A stretch of DNA of 64,000 bases, taken from positions 30,318,001 through 30,382,000 of the forward strand of contig JAGIQG010000021.1 in NCBI GenBank assembly GCA_024679065.1. Reading direction: 5' to 3'. Each line of letters starts with the position of its first letter. The stretch's first letter is position 1. The notes below the pieces were generated by a model that worked only from the letters and a program-made list of their open reading frames with translations, did not search any database and was not told where the DNA came from. Shown in pieces: positions 37,771-49,068 of this stretch. Position numbers and translations under genes: made by a program. The stretch comes from Sphyrna mokarran. Lineage: Eukaryota.

Positions 37771-39299
37771 CTGGAGAATAGGCAAATACCAATATTCCAG
37801 GACAATGGAGGGAAATGGGATATCATGTAATGTTTAGACTGGCTGAGATCACCTGATCGTGGGAGGGGTAGGACAGGGAGACATATTTTCCAGAATTTCT
37901 CCTGCTCATTTGAATCTGGGTTTTATTGGGTAGATTGGATGATTGGGGGAGATGGGGGAGGGGTAAATGATGAGTGAAGGGCAGGAGGTGATGATGAGGG
38001 GGATGATGTGTAGGGGGTTGATAAGTAAGGGAGGAGGGAAGGAAGAGGAGGAGGGGAATGAGGAGTGAGATAAGGAGGGGGGTTTAGGAGGGGGGGTGAG
38101 GAGATGTGGATCAAAGGGGCTAAGGAGGAGGGTAGATGAGGGAAGGAGGGAGGTAGAAGGGGAATGGGAGAGGGTCATGGGTATTTTATTCATCCCAGTT
38201 CTGCTTCTACTCAAAATGGAAATGAAAACCAGGCAGGATATATGACAGACTACTGATGTTTCCCACTCCCAGAAACACCCAGCAGCTCTGACAGAATCTG
38301 TGGAGAAATATATCAGCTCTGTGACCTCTTATCAGATGTTGTAAGCAAGAAGATTAGAATTTATGTGAGCATTTTCCTTCTGTCAGAATGATAAACATGA
38401 AATAAGAAGATGGATGAGCGCACACATAAATTATGCAACACACATACACACACAGACTATGGAACACATGAACACAAATACACATACACAAACTACACAA
38501 CGCACACACACAAACTACGCAACACACACACACACACCCACACATACAGAGGGGGGCAATCTTACCAAAAACACTCTAAGGACTGCATGAGTGTGAAAAT
38601 GGAAGAAAATCTCATATTTTTTTGACCAGCTTCCAGGCACAACTGTATGGCACTTAGAAAAAAAAGAGCCAATCTGTGATTCTTGCCAGCAGAGGGAATG
38701 GGTAGAGCCTATTCACACAGAAAACTGGCTGCTGATATCGTGGGGTGCCATTGTGCGGGTGCCCCAATCTTCCACGTGCACAAGAGATCTGGCACTCCTC
38801 CCACCCCCTGGACATCATTCCCTCTGTCATGGTCATTCTCCACCCACAGCCCCATCGTCACACCACCCCCCCCCCCATTATCCTCATCATCAATCTGCTG
38901 CCCTGATTGATCATAAAACCCCCATCACCTGATCAACCAATGACTCAGCCAATTCTCAATCCTCCAGGATCGTAAAGCAGTGTACCCCTTCCCTCTTCCC
39001 CATGGAACACCCTCTGCCTTCTCCATCATGGCCCTACTCCCTTCAGGATCCACTCACTCAGGCCATGTCCCCTTTCAGCCATGCCCCCTTATGGCCTTGC
39101 TTCCATGACACTGCCTAGTGCCCAGTGGGCAGAGGACAAGGTACCTAGTGGGCATTACTAGGGTGCCAGGCTAGCAGTGTGAAGGTGCCAAGCTAGCCAT
39201 GCCAAGTTTGCAATACCCAAGAGGTGTAAAACTGAGTGTGAGCTTAATATTTCACCTCTTGCCCAATCTTACTGGCTTGCCACATCAATTGACATCACT

Positions 39300-39640
39300 C
39301 CCAAAAACTACACAAAACACAGACACACAGACGACACAAAATACACACAGAAACTACATGCACACACACAAACTACACAAAACATACACAAAAACTACAC
39401 AAAATAGATACAGACAGACTACACAAAACACACACACACACCAATAGACTATACAAAACACACAGAAACAACACAAAATATACACAGACTACACAAAACA
39501 TAGACTGCAAAAACACACAGACTACACAGAACATACATACAGACTACGTGCAACAGAGAACACAGAATATACACACACGAATTACAGAAAATAAATACAG
39601 AGATTACACAAAACACACACAGACTACACGGAAACACTTT
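39300..39640. repeat. CA-rich low-complexity repeat (also 38420-38548)
   Basis: actacacaaaacacacag-type units. Confidence 0.8.
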
Positions 39641-39699
39641 TTTTTGTACCTGGGGTCTGAAGAAGGTTCTCTTTCACTGAGAAGTGTGCTTAAAAATGA

Positions 39700-40360
39700 A
39701 AGCGATGCCTCCAAGGACCGGGATCTTAAGTGAAAGGGGAAAAAAACGGCATTGAGCAAATTTAAATAGTTTGCCAGATCTATTTATAGCAACAGCCGGA
39801 ATGGCTTCGCAAAACCTTCGACAGCGCCACTTTATGCAGATATTGAACTCAATGGATCATTTTATAAACGTAGTTACAGATAGACCGAGAATTCAGAATT
39901 ATTTACTGAAAAGAGCAGAAGCAAATCTATTACCCAAAATGGTAATTCAGGGTTATTTCACCTTATATTATTTTGCCATTCTGGAATCTCTGGCATAGGG
40001 ATATAACCCGAGGAATAATAGACTCTCAGTAAACGGCGATGCGGCGATCTGGTCGCTGCTGTCCTTTCTGTTGATATGTCGAGATTATTTTCGAACATTC
40101 ATCCTTACTAATCTCCCACCGAAATATAAAATTAAAACTGCGTGGGAAATTAGAACGATACAACTTTTGGTATCGTTCCTGACAGCATTATCAAAACAGG
40201 GAATTTATTCTTGCCCGTCCTGTTCCCAGTTACTGTTAAGACTTTCTGTTTCGTTATGAGGTACATAGGCCAGCTGGATTTAATCACTATTAGAAATCAT
40301 CAAACGTGGGCATGATACTCCCACCAATACACAGTTATTCCAGGGGTTTCCCAACAGGAG
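39700..40360 (-). promoter_or_regulatory. Probable gene C promoter/first-exon region: ISRE at 40241-40259, NF-kB site at 40343-40352
   Basis: CpG-enriched unique sequence; actttctgtttcgttatga matches the A and B promoters; ggggtttccc fits GGGRNNYYCC. The exon-1 donor was not pinned down. Confidence 0.65.
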
Positions 40361-40461
40361 TCCAGATGCATCAATGTTGAATATCCTGCATGCGATGAAG
40401 TATACTTACAGGCTTCGTCAGGGACACTAAAAGTATTAGCAAGTCTGACAGCATCTGTGGA

Positions 40462-41451
40462 CTCAGTAAAGTTTTACAACACCAATTTTAAACCCAACCA
40501 ATTTATTTGATAGTAAATTCACGAGCTTTCGACTTTATAGCCTTCGTCAGGCAAATGCAGTGTTCTGGTCTGCAATAGCACTCATATCCACACAGACAGT
40601 TACAGATTGCTGATTAGAATGCGAATCCTTACATCTAACCTGCTATTCAAGTGTTAAAGTGGCTAACAATGTGTGTGAAGGGAATCCTGAGCATTGGTTA
40701 GAGAATTGTGTATTTTCTCCAGACAGCACAGTAAGTGAGGTTTTTTGCTAACCCAGGCAAGTTACGGGGGTTACAGATAGTGTGTCATGAAGCCAAGATC
40801 CCTATTAAGACCGTCCTCATGTGTGCGGAACTTGGCTATCAGTCTCTGCTCAGCAACTCTGCGCTGTCGTGTGTCACAAAGGCCCCCTTGAAGGACATTT
40901 ACCCGCAGGTCGGAGGCCGAATGCCCATGACTGCTGAAGTGTTTGCCCACAGGAAGGGAACTGTTTTGTCTGGTGATTGTTGAGCGATGCTCATTCATCC
41001 ACTGTCGTAGTGTCTGCATGGTCTCCCCAATGTACCATGCTTTGGGACATCCTTTCTTGCAATGTATTAGATAGACAACGTTGGCTGAGTTGCAAGAGTA
41101 TGTACCATGTACCTGATGAATGGTATCCTCACATTTGATGATGTCGTCCATGTCTATGATCTGGAATGTCTTGCAGAGGTTGCTATGGCAGGGTTGTGTG
41201 GTATTGTGGTCACTGTTCTCCTGAAGGTTGGGTAGTTTGCTGTGAACAATGATCTGTTTGAGGTTGTGCGGTTGTCTGAAAGCAAGAAGTGGGGGGGTGG
41301 GGATGGCCCTAGCGAGATGTTCATCGTCATCAATGATATGTTGAAGACTCCGGAGAAGATGTCGTAGCTTCTCCGCTCCGGGGAAGTACTGGACAACAAA
41401 GGGTACTCTGTCCACCGTGTCCTGTGTTCGTCTTCTGAGTAATCTGTTCGT
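40462..41451 (-). mobile_element. 5'-truncated Penelope-like retroelement with a GIY-YIG endonuclease ORF (40771-41454) and pLTR
   Basis: NVVYLIHC..GCPKAWYIGET...RQWMNEHRS...E..LI..F.T...GLN; 10-bp TSD catctgtgga at 40452-40461 and 41452-41461. Confidence 0.9.
40517..40556 (-). ncRNA. Minimal type-I hammerhead ribozyme motif in the Penelope pLTR
   Basis: ATTTGC-CTGACGA-A-GGCT-ATAA-AGTC-GAA-AGCT-C-GTGAAT: core boxes, stem II, palindromic stem III and a 6-bp helix I. Confidence 0.55.
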
Positions 41452-42249
41452 CATCTGTGGAGGCAGAAGAGAGCCAACGTTTTGCGTCTGGATGACTCTT
41501 GTTCAGCTCTAAGATTAGTCATCCAGACTCCAAACATTAGTTCTGTTCTCTCCACAATCTTCCTCCAGACTCGGTATTAATCCCTCTCTACAGCTGCTGT
41601 CAGACCTGTTGAGATTTTTCAGCGTTTTCTGTTTTTATTTCAGCTTCCAGCATCCACAATATTTTGCATTTACACAAGAAGTGTTTGTTAATATGGAAAA
41701 CTGTGTGTAGAGGGGCTGCTCTGGCCTACATGTCATCCACACTCCCTGGGCTGATTACCCATTCTCAGTCCCAGTTGGACCATCAAACCAGAAGATTCTC
41801 TACAGCTGTGTTGTTCCAAAAGGGACAGTCACCACATTCTTCCTCCTTCAACTCTTCTATACAATCTTCAAAACTAAGTTACTCAAGCCCAAATTCTAGC
41901 TGAACATTATACACATGTAAGAAGTCTCACAACACCAGGTTAAAGTCCAACAGATTTATTTGGAATCATGAGTCCCCAGTCCAACACTGGCATCTCCACA
42001 TCATTATACACAGGAGTTGGACAATTATGAATTGAGTCTTTGGGGTGGGTTGGGGGTTATGTTTCTTGTGGAGAGGTGCAATTCTGAGATGCTTCCACCA
42101 GATTTACATTAACAGGAACTACAATAGTATATATCTCTTCTGGCACGGGTAGTTCATTGCAACTTGCTTCTGTGGAGACATCAGTTATATCTATAACAAG
42201 TCGATCTAGTACTCAGCTACTTTGGTACTTAAAATCTCAAAAACATTTC

Positions 42250-43364
42250 TTGATAGTTCATTCATGAGGTCTTGACCCTCGTGTGTCCAAACATAAACAC
42301 TTACGTTTAACTATGCATAGTTCCAAATATAGCCTCGCTATACTCTTCCTTATAGCCTTGCTGCTTTTCTATTTGTGTGACCAATTCAGCAATCTTGTTT
42401 TTGCATGTAATCTCAGTTTCTTCCTCTGTCTGAAATTGTTGATTCTGCTATCAATTTCAATGCCTTTTTTTACCTCTGGTTAAGTTCTCATTGCCAAGTT
42501 CCCCTTCTTCAAGCTCCTAGTTTTCTGATTCAATTCTTCACTGGACTTGATTCTAAGTTTCTGGATGCTTTTCATAAGAGTTCAGCTTATTCTCCATTGT
42601 CTCCTTTAGTTTTGCTTCTTAACTTCATTTTCTAATGTAGTTTGCAAATTTGCTGTCAGTCATTTCATCTTATTGTTTTGATGTCTTCTTTAGAGCTTTA
42701 ATTCATTTTGCTGATTCTTCTTTATGTTCAATAATGCCCACTTACCTCTCTTTTTATCCTTAAAAAAAAGCACTACAGCAACTTCCCATCTTCTACTTAG
42801 CTCCTCTCTTGAAGAAATCATAGCTCTAGCTCTTGCTTCTGAGGGCTATTTTTTTCTATTTCTTCCCATATACTTCCAAACCTCTGACTGTGTCAACCAA
42901 TTCAAACTTGTGCTGCGTCTGCCCCTCTGGGTCTTGCAATATTTCACATATCACCACTCATACATCTTGATCACTGACAGTGTCCACATTATCCATTTTT
43001 ATCCTTGTCACCAATGTAATGATGCACGTTATAGACTTCCTCAGGAACACAAAAGGTATTTATTAATAAGCAAAAAATTAAGAGGCTTGCAACCTCACCA
43101 GCCCACCGGTTATTCCAGTCCCTACATGTCTTCTACAGGTCTTTTAGATGTGTTCTGCCTAAAAGAGAGCTCCACTCTCAGGGGTGATTACCTACGCTCA
43201 GTCCCAATTGGTCCCTCAATCCAGGTGATCCTTTTCTTGTTGTTTTCCTTAAAGGGAAAATCACCACATTTTCACTCTGCCCTTTTAATCATCCTTCAGT
43301 ATAAGAGGGGTGTGATCCATTCCTCTTCCTGGGCTTGCTCACAGTGGTACTGTATCACCTGACA
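42250..43364 (-). mobile_element. Decayed Gypsy-like LTR retrotransposon 5' end (LTR 43015-43364, PBS 43001-43013, degenerate gag)
   Basis: TGT...ACA ends with an internal AATAAA, followed by TTGGTGACAAGGAT, an ATG at 42996 and a stop-riddled E/K-rich frame. Confidence 0.5.
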
Positions 43365-46089
43365 GCAGCAAATATTAAATAATTGCTTGGGTCAGTGAAC
43401 AGATCTCTACTCATTATTGATTGTTCACTTGAGTAGATAGAGGATCTAGTGGATTCCTTGACTCATGTATGTTGCAACCTGCTTAACTTTCAGAAATGCA
43501 GTTTAATATAGTAGGATCAGTATGTTGTATGATATTGCATGTAGTTCAGGGGCTCTCAGGAAGAAGTCTTGCGTCTTGTATGGTTTAACAGTAAATTTTT
43601 ATGAAGTACTAGTGACTATGTACATATACACAATATGAGATGTAAGGTAAGAGCTGTCTCCATGCTTGCCTCTACACACCTCTCTCTGAAGTACAAGACT
43701 CTAGATTGGATCATATGTTCCATTATATCTCTGTGTGAGCCATATTACATCCACTTTCTATGCCAGATCCTTATACTGTAATTTATACCTGTGCACAAAT
43801 CCCGGGAGAATCTCCAGTTTGACGCAGGGAAGTGGAATTCCTAATGGAGCCCCTGATTGACGAGGCTGTGAATGGGCCTCAACCCTTCACTTTTGAAAGA
43901 GAACCTGGAACTCTTGGGATTTATGGACATGGACTACTTCATTATTTGACCCAATCTAAATGGAGCTGAACACTGCGATCATTAGCAAAATCATTCACTT
44001 CTCACTTTGTGATGCTGAGATTGGTGAAACAACTTTAGATTAGACCTAAGAACCTCCTGGACCTTGGGTTAATGACCCCAGGAATGATTTATTACATTGA
44101 AAGTGCCAAAGAAATGCTAATTGTTATTTGTACCCAACGACCCTGGAATCTTTCTAAAGAACCTTCTCTGTACTTTCTTCAAGCCTTCACAGCCTTTCTC
44201 AAGTATAAGGCCTAACTAGCATCTTATACGGTTTTAGCAAATCTACAAATTGTTAACGAAGAGAAAATAATCTTGTACAATCACGCCCGTGACTGAGAGA
44301 CAAGGAAATATTTTATGACGCAAAAAATGAGGGACAATAGCTTTTAGGGAGGGAAAACCAAGTCAGTTACTTACATCACAAAAGAAAATTTTGTAAAACA
44401 TTGGGTAAATAGCACAAATATTGTAACAATGGTGCACATAACTCTTATCATTAGGAGTGTGTCATATGTTTGTTTTGTGTCATGTAACAAATTGCTTACT
44501 AAACTTACATCATTAATGCAATAGAAAAGCTGCTGTCACTTTGTTTCAACAGTGGAGACTACACTTCAGCACTTAGACTACCTATAAGTAATATCAGGGT
44601 AGATCAGTTAATAACTTAATGATTGTCCGCAAGAGATCCAATAAAATAGTGAATAATTACTTCTTGCAATGGTTTTCAATTTTTATTACATTTCTATGTT
44701 CATTAATTGAACATATCAAAGTACATCATTTTTTAAACTTTGATTTTTCTAGATCTAAAGCAATTTGAATTAATATGACTTTATTAGTTGTGAAATTATG
44801 TCTTCATGCTTTACTTATTAAGGCTAACAGATTAATTGGATTTGGACTCCATTCTGTCACATGGATATAACAGGAATTTTGGATAACTTTATAGCCTTAG
44901 TACATGCCTGAGAATGGATATAAGATAAACTGCATTCTAAAATTTGCCTTTACTTTTCAAATGGTTTTCACAAGAGATCTGACTTCCATGGCATTTTTTT
45001 GGTTGTTTTCTCCCTCTCCCACAGGTTCAAGTGGTGGCAGCAATATTCTGATAACTTGTATAAGTGGCTATTAGATAGCAGGCTGTTTCAGCACAGAGCA
45101 TATTAACACTAAACATATCTACTGCCCACACATACAGGAGTCAGTGGATAGTAATCAGGAGCAGGAATGCTCTTGAATTTATTGAATCTTTCTAGTTTCT
45201 CGCCAGGAGAATGTGAAAAAAAGCAGTGCAGTGGAATTGCAAATAAGAAAAAGTTATATTTGTAAAAGCACTTTCACATGTTCCAAAGTGCTTTCTGTCT
45301 AATGAAATATTTTTGAAGCAATTTCACTGAGGAATCTTGGCAACAAGAGCAGGCAGGATCTGAAATAAAAAATAGAAGATGCTGGAAAAACTCTGGTAGC
45401 ACTGTGGAGAGAGAAACAGAGTTAACACTGCAAATCAGTAGAGCTCTTCTTTAGGGCTGAGGAGAGGTAAAAATGGTGGTGGGTTTTATTCTGTTAAAAG
45501 TAGGGTGTGGAGGGGCAGGCGTGATTTGATTTGAGTGGAGTTAATGCGTGCCATGACTAACCTTTTGAAGCACTTCATAGTAATGAATGTCAGAGGCACT
45601 GAGCAGTAGTCATTAACGCATTTTGCCTGGCTTTTCATTTGGACAGTGATGATGGCCATTTTCTTGAAGAAGGTATGCACCTCAGATCAGAGTAAGGAGT
45701 GATTGAAGATGTTTGTGAAATCACGTACCTCCCACACCCCCCAAACTGGTCCACATAGGATCTGAGTGCTCACCTGGCTACTTGCTTTATGTGGGTTAAT
45801 TTTCAAGAAGGCCAATCTGATATCTGCATGGCTTGGCCCAGTACTGTCTCTTGGTATCTTTGATGGCTCTCTATAGACCTTATCTGGTTTCTTGTACAGT
45901 CACAGTCAACTGACTTGAACACTTCAGAACTGGACTTCAGTAAGCCGTGGATGTCCCTGATCATCCATGGTTTTCAGTTGGTAAATACATGGACTTGCTT
46001 CTTTGGCACACAGTCTTCTACACATTGACTAATGAAGTGGAGCAGATGGCAAGAATAGTTGAAGTTATTCAACTATTTATAGTAAAATA

Positions 46090-46373
46090 TAAAAGTTTAT
46101 TAGTCAATAGTAGGCTACATTAACATTGCAATAAAGTTACAATGAAAACCCCTATTTGCCACACTCTGGTGCCTGTTGGGGTACACTAAGGGAGAATTTA
46201 GCATGGCCAATCCCCCTAACCAGCACATCTTTCAGACTGTGGGAGGAAGCCAGAGCACCTAGAGGAAACCCACGCAGATACAAGGAAAGCGTGCTGCATA
46301 GACAATGACCCCAAGCTGGGAATTGAGCATGGGTCCCTAGCGCTGTGAGGCAGCAGTGCTAACCACTGTGCTG
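46090..46373 (-). mobile_element. HE1/V-type SINE
   Basis: V core, head and tail. Confidence 0.8.
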
Positions 46374-46989
46374 TTGATGATTAAGAGAGATTACATTTTC
46401 AAGATGTCAAGGGCGTAAGATAAATAGAGTGGTAATGACAGTAGTAAGATTAAAGTGTAGAAGAAAAGCTGACTCTGAAAGCAAGAAAGCAGAATGTGTT
46501 AATGGCAGAACAAGGATCAGTGCTTTCTGAAAGGAGGGTCTCTATTTAATGTCTCATTCAAAATTTAGCACTTCTGAGAGTGCAGCACTCTCCCAGTCTT
46601 GCAGAAGAACATCCACTTAGATTATGTGCTCAAATTTCTAAAGGAGGATTTGAACGCATGACACAGAAGTGAGAGTGTCAACTACTGAGCCATAGTTGAC
46701 AACTTCTAATTATCCACTCAGTTTTTGAATGCTTTTGCAAAAACACAATTGACACGCAATTAGAGCTATTTGTTGAAGTTATTTTTAAGCAATTCGATGA
46801 TGAAACCAAATATAAAAAATTGAAAACTCCAGAACAGCTCAAGTTTTAAATCTGGAAACCAAAGAGGAACAAAAGTTTCAGATCTACACGCCTTCATAAG
46901 TTAGCTGTCAAAAAGCCTAGTTGGATGCACTGGTGTCACTTCCACAAGGAAGATTTTTTTGATTTATTTCTCAGTATTTCTGCAATGTT

Positions 46990-47945
46990 TTGAAGATAAT
47001 TTGAATCACATGAAATGGAACTGAATGAGTATATAAAATGAAAAAAAAGAGGAAGGCAAAAATAGCGCCAGAGCCTAACCAATATCTTAAGAATGGGAAT
47101 GATACTTGTTAAAGTTGTTGTGTGACTCTTATCCTCAGTGAGATGGTTTCCCATCAGAATTACCACAGGGACTGGGACTGGGATAAACACAGTAAGAAGT
47201 CTCAAAACACCAGGTTAAAGTCCAACCCTTGGACTTTAACCTGGTGTTGTGAGACTTCTTAATATGTTTAGCCCCTGAGAATGGCACGGGAGAGTACCTA
47301 ATTGAAAAGCTCACTCTGAACTGAGTCTTGAGAATGAAGTTTGATTCAATTCTGACTGTTCTTGTGCTCCCTTTCCTGTTCTAAGCTGCTACTATATTTG
47401 GAAATAAATATTTGTTGTTGCACTAAAAAGAAAGCTAAACGAGCTAAACCAAAGGCAAGAGAACAAATAATACTCTACGGGAAAGTATGCATCACAGGAG
47501 ATAGGTCTCTATAATTCTAGCCAAACCCAGACTGACTATATCAGGTATTACGTTTTAACATTTGGGATTTCTTTGAAAGTTGTTGCCGCCAATTAGTTAA
47601 GTGTAGGTGTAGTGAAGAACATAAGCAGTCATTTAACTCTGGTGTTACAACAGCAGTTCTGAATGTTTTCTCTGTTGGTCTGTATCATTAAGATGAACAT
47701 GTAATATGATAATTATGCCAGGTAAGTTACAGCTCACTAATTTATTACCACATTATGGAAAGAACGATAATGCTACACAATTACTCTTCAATAAACATGT
47801 CAACTACAAAGCTTGGGTTTATCGACAGAGGCACTGAGTGAAAAAGCAAGGAAGTCATGTTAAACCCTCTGTAAAACACATGGTTTTAGATCCCAGGTGG
47901 AATACTGGGGAGAATTTTCCAATTCCGCCTACTACAGGAATTAAC
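46990..47945 (+). repeat. Left arm of an inverted duplication (partner 60520-61110)
   Basis: Collinear reverse-complement matches throughout; the left arm carries an extra ~320-bp insert at 47113-47437. Confidence 0.85.
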
Positions 47946-49068
47946 ATGGGGAGAAAAAGAATGCCTGGTCTTGGTGTGGGTGCAACCGGAAAATCCCACG
48001 CTTTGCATCCAGTTCTAGGCCCTGCACTTCAGGGAAGGTGTCAAGACCTTAGAGAGGGTGGTGGGGAGATGTACTGGAATTATTTCAGGGGAGAGGGATT
48101 TCAGTTAATGAGTGGAGAATCTAGGATTGTTCTTGTTAATTTAAGGGGAGCTTTAAATAAGGCATTCAAAATCAGAAGGGATTTTGATGGTGTTGATAAG
48201 GAAAAACTGTTTCCAATAGAAGGAAGCTCGGTAACCAAAGGAGCTCAGAACACAGATTGAAGATAGTTTGTAAAACAACTGGGCCAGTGGGAGGGGTGGG
48301 GGAGGTGGGGTGGGGAGATGTGATGAGGAGAATCATTTGACGTGATGTGTTGTGATTCAAGACATGCTGGCTCAAGAAGGGAATTGGATAGATATTTGAA
48401 GGGAAAAACAATATAGAACAATCGGGAGGATGTTAAGTATGCTGAGACATGCTCCTTTAAGAAAACATGTCAGATAACCTGGGACTCAAACTCCACCCTG
48501 GGTGGAGCTTGCTTTGACCTTCTTGTGCTCACTGTTAATGCACTATCACTGACCTCATGCTCCTCTCTAACAGACCTCAGAGATAATAGGGGAGAAGAAG
48601 CACATTGTGGGAGAGGGAGTGGGATTCATTGGATAGCTCTTTCAAAAACACAATGGGCAGAATGGTCTCTTCCTGTGCAATGACTCTCAGAACTCAGTTA
48701 TGCTAAGATTATTAAACTAGATTACACATGTAACTGTTTGCGACTGCATAATGCTTAACTGTAACTTTGCACTATATATAATTTCCATCCTATATAACAA
48801 GAATCAATTTCTTTTTATCCATATATGGTGTCAATAAGAAAATAGATAACAACATGTTGGTATTCATTTATATGGTGTTACTTAATTGAGTAGCAAACAC
48901 TGTTTTAATTAATGATTCAATTCTAACATGTGGAGAATAAGTCATTGTTAATGTTGAAATTGGAGAAGGATTTGGGAATTATTGAAGGGTTTTAAAAAAT
49001 TCACATTGGCTGTTGGGGGTAATGAATGGCATATTTTGGAAATAAACCCATCTTAAGGCAAAGACTGG

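Noticed and set aside
42724-43362. 212-aa plus-strand ORF
   Set aside because: Antisense to a decayed LTR/gag region; no recognisable protein motifs.
43797-43817. Degenerate tRNA-Pro PBS-like sequence on minus
   Set aside because: Only 13 of 18 positions match, and no LTR is identifiable upstream; the nearby sequence is a CR1 fragment.
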